The position numbers and the translations under genes were made by a program. Under the pieces are notes generated by a model. That model was not told where the DNA came from. It worked only from the letters and a program-made list of their open reading frames with translations, and ran no database searches. A stretch of DNA of 61,766 bases from an uncultured SAR86 cluster bacterium (GTDB taxonomy: Bacteria > Pseudomonadota > Gammaproteobacteria > Magnimaribacterales > D2472), in contig CACPON010000003.1 of assembly GCA_902635645.1 (NCBI GenBank), positions 1 to 61,766 on the forward strand. Direction: 5' to 3'. Shown here in pieces: positions 37,803 through 48,448 of the stretch (its first letter is position 1; each line of letters opens with the position of its first letter).

Positions 37803-39395
37803 ATGTCATACGAGGTTTTAGCTAGAAAATATAGACCATCAAGCTTTGAAGAAGTTGTTGGCCAAGAACACGTAATTCAAGCATTATCAAACAGCATCCT
37901 TCAGGATAGAATCCACCAAGCTTTCATTTTTTCAGGTACTAGAGGCGTTGGAAAAACAACTCTTGGAAGAATTCTTGCTAAATGTCTTAACTGCACTTCA
38001 TCAGATAAACCAGTTGCTGTTCCATGTAACGAATGTGTTAATTGTGAGGAAATTAAGTTAGGAAGATCATTAGATTTTTATGAACAAGATGCTGCATCAC
38101 AAAGAGGCATAGATGCAATGAAGGAATTGCTTCAGACAGTTCCTCAGTCTCCAGCAAATGGCAGATATAAAGTATATTTGCTTGATGAGGCTCATATGCT
38201 AACAACAGAGAGTTTTAATGCTTTATTAAAAAACCTTGAAGAACCTCCAAAACATGTGGTTTTTATTTTAGCTACAACAAATCCTGAAAAACTTCCAAAA
38301 ACAGTTCAATCGAGATGCTTGCAATTGAATTTAAAAACAGTTGGTGGCACGGTTTTATCAAAGCATTTACAAAAAATCTTAAAATCAGAGAATATTAGTT
38401 ATGATGAGGAAAGTGTTGATTTAATTTCAGATGCTGCCTCTGGATCAGTAAGAGATGCATTAACATTATTAGATCAAGCAATTGCTCATGGTAGCGGTGC
38501 CCTTAAATCAAATAATGTTAAGGAATTATTAGGAACAATTGATAGCTCATTTTTAGTCACTATGGTTAATGCCATTATTGATGGAGATGGTGAGGGTGCA
38601 TATGAGGCATTATCAAAAATAGAAGAGCTATCCCCAGAGTATGATGTAATATTAAAAAGCTTAATTTCAATTTTACATAAAGCTTCTATAGAAAAAGTTT
38701 TAAGTAATTCACCAGATCAAGATATTAAAAATTTAGCAGCAAATATTGATGAAGAGTTTTGTCAGCTATTGTACGAGATTGCAATTAACTCATACTCAAA
38801 ATTTAATGCTCATCCTAGCCCTAAAGAGGCGTTAGAGGTTTGTATTTTAAGAATGTTGGCATTTAATCCTATACATAAAATTGATAACAAAAACACTTCA
38901 AACGATACAGAAAAAAAAAATTTAAAAACACCTAAAATCGATAATTCCAAGGCTTTAAAGAAAGATTTAAAAAGTAAAAAAACTGAAACTGCTAATTCAA
39001 AAGACAAATGTAATTTAAAAAATAATAGTGACTGGCTAGAGCTCTTTGATTTGTTATCTCTTAGTCCTTTTGCTAGAAATTATTTTGGAAATCTTTCATT
39101 TTTATCATTTGAAGAATCTCTAATTACACTTGTGCAACCTGAAGAAGAAAGTAATATTCCAGAAAATGTTTTTAAAGAATTTCAAACCGTATTAAATGCA
39201 TATTATGGTTATGAAATAGAAGTTGAAATAAAACAAGGCGACAATAACAATTCTCCATTAAATCATAAAAAGAAAATTGAATCTGATAGACAGACAAAAG
39301 CAGAAAAAGATGTTTTATCGGATCCATCAATTCAGAAGTTTCTTGATAAGTATGATGGTAACATTAAAGATGGATCAATTAAGCCAGTGAACTAA
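37803..39395 (+). CDS. dnaX: DNA polymerase III subunit gamma/tau
   Basis: LARKYRP, GTRGVGKTT, zinc-binding cysteines, DEAHML, FNALLK and SRC motifs. Confidence 0.96.
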   Translation: MSYEVLARKYRPSSFEEVVGQEHVIQALSNSILQDRIHQAFIFSGTRGVGKTTLGRILAKCLNCTSSDKPVAVPCNECVNCEEIKLGRSLDFYEQDAASQRGIDAMKELLQTVPQSPANGRYKVYLLDEAHMLTTESFNALLKNLEEPPKHVVFILATTNPEKLPKTVQSRCLQLNLKTVGGTVLSKHLQKILKSENISYDEESVDLISDAASGSVRDALTLLDQAIAHGSGALKSNNVKELLGTIDSSFLVTMVNAIIDGDGEGAYEALSKIEELSPEYDVILKSLISILHKASIEKVLSNSPDQDIKNLAANIDEEFCQLLYEIAINSYSKFNAHPSPKEALEVCILRMLAFNPIHKIDNKNTSNDTEKKNLKTPKIDNSKALKKDLKSKKTETANSKDKCNLKNNSDWLELFDLLSLSPFARNYFGNLSFLSFEESLITLVQPEEESNIPENVFKEFQTVLNAYYGYEIEVEIKQGDNNNSPLNHKKKIESDRQTKAEKDVLSDPSIQKFLDKYDGNIKDGSIKPVN

Positions 39396-39396
39396 C

Positions 39397-39993
39397 ATGC
39401 ATCAAGATCTTCTAAATGATTTAATTAATTCTTTAACGATACTACCAGGTGTAGGAAAAAAATCTGCCCAAAGAATGGCACTTTATTTGTTAGATAAAAA
39501 TAAAGATGGCGCAGGAATTCTAGCTAAAAACCTTGAGAAAGCCATTGATGAGATTGGTAGATGCTCAAGATGCAGAATGCTAACATCCAATGATCTTTGT
39601 AAGATTTGTTCAGATACTAGCAGAGATATGAATAGTATTTGCGTAGTTGAAAATCCATCTGATGTCTTAGCAATAGAATCAACAGGGGGTTTTAAGGGAA
39701 GATATTTTGTTTTACTTGGTAGATTGTCACCAATTGAAGGAATTAGTCCGGATGATTTGGGTATTAACGATTTTTTAAAACTGATAAAGGTTGAGAATAT
39801 TAAAGAGGTTATATTAGCAACCAGCTCCACTGTTGAAGGTGATGCTACAGCAATATATATTAAAGATCATATCAAGGATATTAAAGTATCAAGAATTTCT
39901 TATGGGATTCCAATTGGAGGTGAATTGGAATATGTTGATGGAAATACAATAGCAAGAGCTATTCAAGGGAGAACTGAAATAAATGTCGATTAA
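39397..39993 (+). CDS. recR: Recombination mediator RecR
   Basis: [12 protein letters not shown]4 zinc finger, CVVE, EGDATA and GGELEY motifs. Confidence 0.96.
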   Translation: MHQDLLNDLINSLTILPGVGKKSAQRMALYLLDKNKDGAGILAKNLEKAIDEIGRCSRCRMLTSNDLCKICSDTSRDMNSICVVENPSDVLAIESTGGFKGRYFVLLGRLSPIEGISPDDLGINDFLKLIKVENIKEVILATSSTVEGDATAIYIKDHIKDIKVSRISYGIPIGGELEYVDGNTIARAIQGRTEINVD

Positions 39994-40552
39994 ATCAGAT
40001 AAATGGATAACAGAAATGTCCAAGAATCAATCAATGATTGAACCTTTTTCAGAGAATCAAGTAAGACTCGATAAAGATGGTGAAAAGTTGATTTCGTATG
40101 GCGTGTCTAGTTATGGCTATGATGTTAGATGCTCAAATGAATTTAAAGTCTTTACCAACATCCATTCAGCAATTGTTGATCCTAAATCTTTTGATGAAAA
40201 AAGCTTTGTTGATATTGAATCAGATATTTGTGTTATACCACCTAATTCTTTTGCATTAGCAAGGACAGTTGAGTATTTTAAGATTCCAAGGAATGTTTTA
40301 ACTGTTTGTCTTGGCAAATCAACTTATGCTAGATGTGGAATCATCGTTAATGTTACTCCTTTAGAACCAGAATGGGAGGGACATGTTACCCTTGAATTTT
40401 CTAATACAACAAACTTACCTGCAAAAATTTATGCCGGAGAGGGCGTAGCGCAAATGCTATTTTTTGAATCTGATGAAGAGTGCAGCGTAAGCTATAAAGA
40501 TAGAGGCGGAAAATATCAGGGTCAAACAGGAGTTACATTACCCAAAACTTAA
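39983..40552 (+). CDS. dcd: dCTP deaminase
   Basis: [29 protein letters not shown] and GGKYQGQ motifs. Confidence 0.96.
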   Translation: MSIKSDKWITEMSKNQSMIEPFSENQVRLDKDGEKLISYGVSSYGYDVRCSNEFKVFTNIHSAIVDPKSFDEKSFVDIESDICVIPPNSFALARTVEYFKIPRNVLTVCLGKSTYARCGIIVNVTPLEPEWEGHVTLEFSNTTNLPAKIYAGEGVAQMLFFESDEECSVSYKDRGGKYQGQTGVTLPKT

Positions 40553-41224
40553 CAACTCTTTCAATTCAAGTTTTTGATACTCTTCTGGACTTTCATCAAT
40601 TACTTTATAAAACATATATGCAAGCTCTGGAATTAGATAGTATGTTGTAACTCTGTCATCCGAATCTCTATATCTTTTAAGAATAACACAATCATAGTTT
40701 TTCCCTTGCAGGATGCAAACATCCTCACCATCTAATTCATATAAGTTTTCTTGGCTTTCACCTGTCTCCATCTCTATTACATTTATATAAAACTTTTTCA
40801 TTCCACTAATCAAATTTAGCCTAATTTGAATCTGGGCATTCAATGGGTCTGTTAAAAAAGCAGTTTGATCGAGAGGGGCCACCCAAGAGTCTCTTCCAGA
40901 AGAATTTATTTTAAAATTGTCATAGTCATAAGAGATTTTTTGATCTCTATCAACGGACTTAGGTCTTATTTTGACTTCATAATTTTTAGATATTATTTTG
41001 GAATCTTTTATTTCAAACATTGATTCAAAATTCATGGACACAATTAAAAGTGTGTTTGCATTAAATTTAAAAATGAAATCGTCATTATTTGATTTTTTTA
41101 GCTCTCTAATTCCAGTAATAGAAAAGTCGTCTCGTTCAAATTTATATTTGGCTTTATATTCGGGTATAACTGAAGAACTCAGGTTTATAGTAAATATTAT
41201 TAATAATAGCGTTCTAAATATCAT
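40538..41224 (-). CDS. Exported protein, DUF3108-like
   Basis: Signal peptide, beta-rich composition, [10 protein letters not shown]; position after purN. Confidence 0.6.
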   Translation of the reverse strand: MIFRTLLLIIFTINLSSSVIPEYKAKYKFERDDFSITGIRELKKSNNDDFIFKFNANTLLIVSMNFESMFEIKDSKIISKNYEVKIRPKSVDRDQKISYDYDNFKINSSGRDSWVAPLDQTAFLTDPLNAQIQIRLNLISGMKKFYINVIEMETGESQENLYELDGEDVCILQGKNYDCVILKRYRDSDDRVTTYYLIPELAYMFYKVIDESPEEYQKLELKELLSFG

Positions 41225-41861
41225 ATTTTTTATATATGTGCGTATTTTCTATAGATAGATTTTTAAATATAACTTCATTTGAATAAATATTAATTTGATT
41301 ATCGCAGATGTATTTAATAATTTCAGGATAAAGTTCATGCTCAAGTGTATGAATTCTCTCTATTAAGTTATCAATATCATCATCTTCTGATGTCATAATC
41401 TCTCCTTGCGCAATTATCGGGCCACCATCAAGCTCAGATGAAACATAGTGAATTGTTATACCATGAATTTCATCTTTGTTATCAATGACTTTTTGATGAG
41501 TATTTAGACCTGGATATTTTGGTAGCAGAGAAGGATGAATATTTATTATTTTTCCATAGAAATTTTTTGTGATTTTTTCTGTTAGTATTCTCATGAAACC
41601 AGCTAATACTATTAAATCAGCATTTTTATTTTTTAAAACTTCATAAAGATCATTATCAAATAAATCTCTTGATTGATATTCTTTGTGATCGATAACAAGA
41701 GTTTTAATGCCAGCAGATTTTGCTCTTTCAAGGCCATAGGCTTTAGGATTATTTGAAATTACACATACAATTTCTGCATGAATATATTTTGATTTGCACT
41801 TATCTATGATGGCCTGAAGATTAGAGCCACTTCCAGAAATTAAGACAACAATTTTTTTCAT
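41214..41861 (-). CDS. purN: Phosphoribosylglycinamide formyltransferase
   Basis: ISGSGSNLQA, LAGFMRIL, NIHPSLLP and LDGGPII motifs. Confidence 0.97.
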   Translation of the reverse strand: MKKIVVLISGSGSNLQAIIDKCKSKYIHAEIVCVISNNPKAYGLERAKSAGIKTLVIDHKEYQSRDLFDNDLYEVLKNKNADLIVLAGFMRILTEKITKNFYGKIINIHPSLLPKYPGLNTHQKVIDNKDEIHGITIHYVSSELDGGPIIAQGEIMTSEDDDIDNLIERIHTLEHELYPEIIKYICDNQINIYSNEVIFKNLSIENTHIYKKYDI

Positions 41862-41864
41862 AGA

Positions 41865-42893
41865 TTATGAATAAATTACCGATTCACCATCTTTTTTTAT
41901 AACTTTACCAATATCAAAACATTCAAAGGCATTGTTTCTAATTTCTGATTTTACATTTTCTGAAATATCTTCATTAACAATAAGCACCATTCCTATGCCG
42001 CAGTTAAAAATTCTCAACATATCATCTTGAGTAATACTTCCATTATCCTGCAGCCATCTAAAAATTTCAGGTAATTGCCAAGAATCTAAATATATTTCAA
42101 CTGCTAAATGTTTTGGCAATGATCTAGGTATATTTTCTGTTAACCCTCCACCTGTTATATGTGCCATCCCATTTATTTTAAATTGATTAATTAGCTGCAC
42201 AATTAAATTAGGATATAAGTGCGTTGGTTTTAAAGCTAACTCAGTTATTTTATTGGGATCATTTCCTTTCATGGACGATTCTTTAATTATTTTTCTGATG
42301 AGAGAAAATCCATTTGAATGAGGTCCGCTTGATTCAATACCAATTAGAACATTGCCTTCTTCTATACTATCACCGGTGATAATATTAGCTTTTTCAACAC
42401 ATCCAACTGAAAATCCAGCTAAATCAAAGTTTTTACCAACATAGTGACCCGGCATTTCAGCAGTTTCGCCACCAAGTAGAGCACAATTAGAATTTTTGCA
42501 TGCATCTGCAATACTTTTAATAATTCGGGATGCCTCATTTACTTCAAGTTTTGATGAAGCAAAGTAGTCTAGGAAAAAAAGAGGCTTAGCACCACAAACA
42601 ATAAGATCATTTACACACATTGCTACAAGGTCTTGTCCAATACCGTCAACTTGATTAAATTCTTGAGCTAGTGCAACCTTTGTACCAACTCCATCTGTGC
42701 AAGCGACCAATACAGGCTCATTATAATTTTTGCTCAGCTCATACATGCCTGCAAAGCCACCGATATTTCCTAGGACATTTTTGTTGTGAGAGGAGGCTAC
42801 ATCCTTTTTAATTTTTTCGACTAAATCATTTCCGGCATCAATATCAACACCAGCTGACTTATAAGGATCATTTTCTATAATTTCTTTTGTCAT
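41865..42893 (-). CDS. purM: Phosphoribosylformylglycinamidine cyclo-ligase
   Basis: YKSAGVD, TDGVGTK, GGETAEMP, HITGGG and FNCGIG motifs. Confidence 0.97.
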   Translation of the reverse strand: MTKEIIENDPYKSAGVDIDAGNDLVEKIKKDVASSHNKNVLGNIGGFAGMYELSKNYNEPVLVACTDGVGTKVALAQEFNQVDGIGQDLVAMCVNDLIVCGAKPLFFLDYFASSKLEVNEASRIIKSIADACKNSNCALLGGETAEMPGHYVGKNFDLAGFSVGCVEKANIITGDSIEEGNVLIGIESSGPHSNGFSLIRKIIKESSMKGNDPNKITELALKPTHLYPNLIVQLINQFKINGMAHITGGGLTENIPRSLPKHLAVEIYLDSWQLPEIFRWLQDNGSITQDDMLRIFNCGIGMVLIVNEDISENVKSEIRNNAFECFDIGKVIKKDGESVIYS

Positions 42894-42916
42894 TTAGAAT
42901 ACTCAATGTGAGTCAA

Positions 42917-43936
42917 ATGAATAACAACTTTATTAAACATTTTTTAGTAATACTTATTATCTTTTCTAATCACTCCTTTGGGAAGGAATTTGAAGAACTT
43001 TTTACTATTTATGTACCTATTGAAAATTCTAGCAAGATAGAGTCTTCAATTAATAAATCTTTTAATAACTTAGTTTTTAGAATTAGCGGCTCTAAATCAC
43101 CATCAAACATCTGGAAAATAATAAACTCGGGATCATCTAGAAAAGATTTTATTCAAAGTTACTCACTTAAGAATATTAATATGAGTAGTTATTTGGAAGT
43201 TAATTTTGATCAAGAATTAGTCATAAATAAGTTTAAAGAGTTATCAATTCCTATAGTGGGATACTCGCGACCTGTAATATTTTTTTTAATTAATATAGAG
43301 TCTGGCTCTGATGAACCTTACTATGTTTCACAAGAATCAAGCAATGAAATAGACGCTCTAATAATAGAAACTTTAGCCGAACTATCAAATGAAAGAGGTT
43401 TATTTCTTGAATTACCTGTTTTGGATCTAGATGATAAAAGATATATATCTAACACTGATATCTTGTCATCACCAAAAGAGTACCTAATTTCAAAATATGA
43501 TTTTGATGAATTTGTGGATGTTAAATTAACAAATTTGGGTTTAAATCAGTGGCTCTTTTCTGGTGATATAAAAGAAGATATTCTTGAAGAGAATTACCTA
43601 GAAGATATCAAAAAGGCTTTTACTGATCATATTGAATCTATGATTCAATCAATTTATAAAAATTTGATTGTTGATACTTCTAAAACTCTATTGCTTGATG
43701 TGACCATAGAAGGTATAAATTCCTATGAGGAGTATGAGATTTCAAAAGACAAGTTATCTAAAATTATTGCTATCTCAAATTTAGAAATACTTAATTTAAA
43801 TAATAATACTATTTCATACCAAATTAGTGTTATGGGGAATTTTGATACCTTTAAAAATACTATTGAAAATAATACTTTTTTTGAAATTATGGCTGAAAAT
43901 TCTAACAAAAGTTTAAATTTAAGGTTTGTAAAATGA
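42917..43936 (+). CDS. Exported protein, DUF2066-like
   Basis: Signal peptide from ATG 42917; RISG, LEVNFD and RGL-LELPVLD motifs; divergent from purM as in many Gammaproteobacteria. Confidence 0.7.
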   Translation: MNNNFIKHFLVILIIFSNHSFGKEFEELFTIYVPIENSSKIESSINKSFNNLVFRISGSKSPSNIWKIINSGSSRKDFIQSYSLKNINMSSYLEVNFDQELVINKFKELSIPIVGYSRPVIFFLINIESGSDEPYYVSQESSNEIDALIIETLAELSNERGLFLELPVLDLDDKRYISNTDILSSPKEYLISKYDFDEFVDVKLTNLGLNQWLFSGDIKEDILEENYLEDIKKAFTDHIESMIQSIYKNLIVDTSKTLLLDVTIEGINSYEEYEISKDKLSKIIAISNLEILNLNNNTISYQISVMGNFDTFKNTIENNTFFEIMAENSNKSLNLRFVK

Positions 43937-44484
43937 GCAAGTATTTTATTTTTATTCCAAATTTATTATCTATAATAAGAATCGGACTTGTTTATCCTAT
44001 TTTAAATAATATTTTTATTGGTAATTTTATAATCAGTTTGGGTTATTTTTTGATTGCATCTTTAACAGATGCGCTTGATGGTTTTCTCGCAAGAAAGATG
44101 AAGTGGCAAACTTATCTTGGAACTATCTTAGACCCAATAGCAGATAAGCTACTTTTATCGGGTACTATTTTTATCTTATGGCTTAATTCATACATACCTC
44201 TCTATATATTTGTTATTTTTATTGGAAGAGATGTTGCTATTTTATTAGGCGCTGCTGTACATATGACACTTATGGAGTCTGAAACCCCATTGCCGAATAT
44301 TCTTGGAAAAATTACTACAGGTCTTCAAATTGCCTATATTGTGGTTATATTATTTTTTCAAATTTTTGAGATTAATCTTTCATTAATAGTGCTCGATATA
44401 TTTATTATCATAGTCACCTTATTAAGCTTAATTGTATATTCTAGAAACTGGTTACTAGATATTAATAAGTATCATAATGAATAA
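43933..44484 (+). CDS. CDP-alcohol phosphatidyltransferase (PgsA-like)
   Basis: IPNLLSIIR and TDALDGFLAR...GTILDPIADK signature. Confidence 0.9.
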   Translation: MSKYFIFIPNLLSIIRIGLVYPILNNIFIGNFIISLGYFLIASLTDALDGFLARKMKWQTYLGTILDPIADKLLLSGTIFILWLNSYIPLYIFVIFIGRDVAILLGAAVHMTLMESETPLPNILGKITTGLQIAYIVVILFFQIFEINLSLIVLDIFIIIVTLLSLIVYSRNWLLDINKYHNE

Positions 44485-45163
44485 ACCAAAACAACTTACT
44501 TTTCCATGGAACAAGGTAAATAAGTCTTCATTAGAGGGCTTTTACACCAGCCAAGAAAACTCTCATCTTATTTCTCTACTTAAAGATAGAAGCTTCTTGG
44601 ATGATTTATTTATATATGGAACAAAAGAATCTGGCAAAACTTTTCTTCTTCAAGCAATGTGCAATTCTTATAGCTCTGTCAGTAAATCATCTTTATATAT
44701 TCCTCTCAAAAAGGTAATGAATTTTGGCATTGAGATTTTTGAGTCCTTAGAAAATATCGATTTAATATGTATCGATGGCATTGAAGAGGTAATTTCTAAA
44801 ATAGAGTGGGAAAAAGCAATTTTTAATTTAATTAACAAAGCTCTTATTTCAGAGACTAGATTAATTCTTACTTCTTCAAAAGATCTAAAATCTTTAAATT
44901 TTTCATTACCAGACCTTGAATCAAGAATAAGAAAAATTCAAAGCTACGAACTACATCCTGTAAATGATAAAGACATATTTGATGCACTTAAATATATTTC
45001 GAAATTAACTTCAATAAATTTAGGTGATAAAGAGGCAAAGTATCTAGTGACTTACTCTCAAAGAAACATTTCTAATTTAGTTCATATCCTTGAGAGCCTA
45101 GATCAGCTCTCAATGGAAATGAAAAGAAAAATTACGATTCCTTTAATTAAAGAAGTTATTTAA
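44477..45163 (+). CDS. hda: DnaA regulatory inactivator Hda
   Basis: QLTF beta-clamp motif, GTKESGKT Walker A, LPDLESR and ITIPLIK. Confidence 0.9.
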   Translation: MNKPKQLTFPWNKVNKSSLEGFYTSQENSHLISLLKDRSFLDDLFIYGTKESGKTFLLQAMCNSYSSVSKSSLYIPLKKVMNFGIEIFESLENIDLICIDGIEEVISKIEWEKAIFNLINKALISETRLILTSSKDLKSLNFSLPDLESRIRKIQSYELHPVNDKDIFDALKYISKLTSINLGDKEAKYLVTYSQRNISNLVHILESLDQLSMEMKRKITIPLIKEVI

Positions 45164-46994
45164 CTTCGCACTCAAAGCAATACATCAATATATTCCTTTT
45201 TTCAGGGTCAATTAATTTAAGATGTTTTTCTAGTTTTGAATTAATTAGCTTAAGTCTTGGATCGAGATTAATTTCTATATTGATGTTTTCAAGCAATTCA
45301 TTTAAAAAAACATCAAATGGATCCATTGGCTTTTTGTAATTCTTGACTGCAAAGTCTTCGATACCAGCTCTTTCTGCTGCAGATTTTAGGGCTTCATCAA
45401 GACCGCCAATTTTATCTACCAAGCCGAGTTCTAGGGCTTTATATCCTGCCCATATCCTTCCACCTGCAATTGGCAGAACATTTTCGTAGGTCATGTTTCT
45501 ATTTTCAGCAACTTTTGACACAAATTTATTGTATGTATGATCTATACTTGCTTGAATACCATTTTTAACATATTCAGGCATAGCATATCTTTCATCCCAT
45601 TCACCTGCTTTAGTAGAGCTGACACCATCAACCTTTATTCCTGCCCAATCATATATTCCATCTAGTGTGGGAATAATCCCATAAACTCCAATAGAACCAG
45701 TTAGAGTATCCTCTTCTGCAAATATTTCATCGGATAGAGTAGTGACCCAAACACCACCTGATGCAGCGATATCTCCCATTGATGTAACAATAGGTCTGCC
45801 AGTTTCTTTAAATTCATTTAATGCGTTAGTAATTAATTCACTTGCCCAAACACTTCCACCAGGACTGTTAACTCTCAACACAAGCGCTTTAACAGATTTA
45901 TTTTCTGTAGCTGACTGAATGTTATCTACTATGGTATCTGATCCGGCGACACCATAAGCAGCTTCACCTTCCATTATGGCCCCCTCGACATTAATAACTG
46001 CTATTTTATTTTTACTAGTATTCTCTTCTTCGTCTTTTTTAATATCTGAAAGATAGTCATAAATTGAAATACTGTCTGGAAATGAGTATTGATCATTATC
46101 TTCATTTGGAAATTCTTCAAACATATATGCTTTTATTTCCTCTCGAGTAACTACCATATCAACCAATCCTAATTCAAGTGCTACCTCTGCCATTTCTGGA
46201 TTTTCAGTACTTAATTTCCAAGCATTATCTCCGTAATTTTGAATAGAACCTTTTTCTAGATTTCTAGCATCTTCCATCATATCTGTCATTTTGACCCACA
46301 TTGGATTAGCAAATTCATTCCATGCTAATTTATCATTTTCAGACATTGAGTCTCTGGTGTATGGTTCAGGTCCAGATTTAAAATCACCAGCAGTAAAGAC
46401 GTTGTAATTTAATTTAAGATTTTTATATAAATCTTTCATGTACTCTCTTTTTCTTGAAAAACCAAATGCTGAAACTTGTCCATATTCATTTATAAGAACC
46501 TCATTGGCTTGAGAGCTAATTAAGTATGAGTTGTTATTATATTGTTCTGCATAGGCTATAACTCTTTTCCCATTTTCTCTAACAGACCTTAACGCCTCAG
46601 CAATCTTAAAAGCTGAAGACCAATACATGCCTAATTCAGAAACATTTACATATACTGCAGCAAGGTTTTCATCATTAGCTGCATGGTTTAATACATCTAA
46701 TAAATCTTGAAGTTCATGTTGCTCAACAGTATCACCACTTAAAACAATGCTATTAAAATCAAAATTTCCAGAACTATTAACCTCTGAATCGACAACAACA
46801 CCGATTGGCTTAAACCAAAGAACTTTATCTTCTGTATCAATTTCTTCGGGACTACTGAACATCGAACCTATCCCACCTAATAACGAAAATGTAATAACAA
46901 CTAAAATTAATGCAGTTAATGAATTAAGTATTATTTTTCTTGTTGTTGTTAAAAAGCTATCTGCTTTTGACCAAATTGATTGTTTTTCTGACAT
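45156..46994 (-). CDS. sppA: Signal peptide peptidase SppA (67K type)
   Basis: GDFKSGPEPY, LRVNSPGGS, SMGDIAASGG, TGSIGV and GGRIWAG motifs. Confidence 0.95.
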   Translation of the reverse strand: MSEKQSIWSKADSFLTTTRKIILNSLTALILVVITFSLLGGIGSMFSSPEEIDTEDKVLWFKPIGVVVDSEVNSSGNFDFNSIVLSGDTVEQHELQDLLDVLNHAANDENLAAVYVNVSELGMYWSSAFKIAEALRSVRENGKRVIAYAEQYNNNSYLISSQANEVLINEYGQVSAFGFSRKREYMKDLYKNLKLNYNVFTAGDFKSGPEPYTRDSMSENDKLAWNEFANPMWVKMTDMMEDARNLEKGSIQNYGDNAWKLSTENPEMAEVALELGLVDMVVTREEIKAYMFEEFPNEDNDQYSFPDSISIYDYLSDIKKDEEENTSKNKIAVINVEGAIMEGEAAYGVAGSDTIVDNIQSATENKSVKALVLRVNSPGGSVWASELITNALNEFKETGRPIVTSMGDIAASGGVWVTTLSDEIFAEEDTLTGSIGVYGIIPTLDGIYDWAGIKVDGVSSTKAGEWDERYAMPEYVKNGIQASIDHTYNKFVSKVAENRNMTYENVLPIAGGRIWAGYKALELGLVDKIGGLDEALKSAAERAGIEDFAVKNYKKPMDPFDVFLNELLENINIEINLDPRLKLINSKLEKHLKLIDPEKRNILMYCFECEVK

Positions 46995-47054
46995 GTATAT
47001 CTCCTATTAAGGTGAAAGATAATAATCTAGGAAAATCATAATGTAAAGCGTACT

Positions 47055-47387
47055 TTACATATTATTTTTAATTGACCGAGGGGAAAATATACATACTAAA
47101 AATAAAGTAACTATTAAAATGATTTCTAAAAGGTCATTAATTAAGGGCTTTATACCGAACACTCTAAGAGATGCTGATAAAAAATATATCAATAGTATGA
47201 AACTAAAACCTTGAAAAGATTTAATAGATAACTTATTTCCCATATAGATAAAAACACCAAAAGGAATCGACCAAAAAATAAAAAAGAAAAATGTAATGTC
47301 GTTATTAAAAAAGGAAATTAGTTTCAATATTATTAAAGAGCTGCATATTAAGTTAATAGATGTTCTTATTCTTGAGTTAGTTAGCAT
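47055..47387 (-). CDS. Small membrane protein, DUF2069-like
   Basis: Hydrophobic ORF overlapping the wrbA stop; SFILLIYF motif; common wrbA neighbour. Confidence 0.6.
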   Translation of the reverse strand: MLTNSRIRTSINLICSSLIILKLISFFNNDITFFFFIFWSIPFGVFIYMGNKLSIKSFQGFSFILLIYFLSASLRVFGIKPLINDLLEIILIVTLFLVCIFSPRSIKNNM

Positions 47388-47976
47388 CTAATTTATTGAT
47401 AAATTTTGCAATTCTTGAACCAGTCTGTTTTGCAATTTCATATTCATCTGGAGTTAAATTATTAGAATCATTAAAGCTTTCTACATGAGACGGACCATAT
47501 GGACTTCCTCCAGATTTAGTCTTATTTAATTCTTTTATGGAGTAGGGCGTGCCTAAGATTATCATTCCATGGTGAAGCATATATGTTAATAAGTTAAATT
47601 GAGTAATTTCTTGTCCTCCATGCATGGATCCTGTAGAAGTAAATGCAATTCCTGGAATATCTTCTAAAGCATTTGATGCCCATAAGTCTCCAGTTGAATC
47701 AAGGAAGTATTTAAGTGGCGAAGCCATTGATCCAAATCTTGTTGGAGAACCTAAAGCAAGGCCTGAACAATTAATTAAATCTTCTTTAGTGCAATATATT
47801 TCATCTTTTTTAGGAATACTTTCTTCAGTTTGCTCAGCAACTGATGAGACCTTAGGAACTGTTCTTATTTTCACACTTAAGTTTTCTTGCTCTGCTCCAT
47901 CAGCAATAGCATGTGCAATATTTCTAACAGAACCTCCAGCAGAGTAAAAAAGAATTAATAAATATTTATTTTCCAT
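47377..47976 (-). CDS. wrbA: NAD(P)H:quinone oxidoreductase WrbA
   Basis: LGSPTRFG, FTSTGSMHGGQE, HHGM and GGSPYG motifs. Confidence 0.93.
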   Translation of the reverse strand: MENKYLLILFYSAGGSVRNIAHAIADGAEQENLSVKIRTVPKVSSVAEQTEESIPKKDEIYCTKEDLINCSGLALGSPTRFGSMASPLKYFLDSTGDLWASNALEDIPGIAFTSTGSMHGGQEITQFNLLTYMLHHGMIILGTPYSIKELNKTKSGGSPYGPSHVESFNDSNNLTPDEYEIAKQTGSRIAKFINKLDAN

Positions 47977-48004
47977 ATTGATAATTTAGCCTATTATGTG
48001 GTTC

Positions 48005-48448
48005 ATGAAAGCTAAAATTATACCCTTGTTATGCATTTTCATATTATTTGGGTGTCAAAAAAATGACATTGATGTCTTTAACGGTAAAGATACCTCATTA
48101 GAAAAATTAAAGGGTCAGTGGGTTATAGTGAACTATTGGGCTGACTGGTGTGCTCCATGTATAAAAGAGCTTCCTGAGTTATTTGAATTTTCTAAAGAAA
48201 ACAATGATGTGCTCGTTTATGTATTTAATTTTGATGAATTAGATGCTGAAGATTTAGCGCCTGTAGCTAAAAGATTTAATCTAAAACTCCCATCGCTAAT
48301 ATCTCATCCCAGAGAGATTTGGGGTATTGAAACACCTCCAGCTGTCCCAGCTACTTTTTTTATTAATCCGGAAGGTGTTGTAGTTGAGTCTTTGTTCAGA
48401 CCTCAAACAAAAGATAGTCTTAATTCTATTCTTGCTTCAATTAAATAA
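48005..48448 (+). CDS. TlpA/ResA-family thiol-disulfide oxidoreductase lipoprotein
   Basis: Lipobox LFGC, VNYWADWCAPCIKELP, VPATF; ATG 48005 preferred. Confidence 0.88.
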   Translation: MKAKIIPLLCIFILFGCQKNDIDVFNGKDTSLEKLKGQWVIVNYWADWCAPCIKELPELFEFSKENNDVLVYVFNFDELDAEDLAPVAKRFNLKLPSLISHPREIWGIETPPAVPATFFINPEGVVVESLFRPQTKDSLNSILASIK

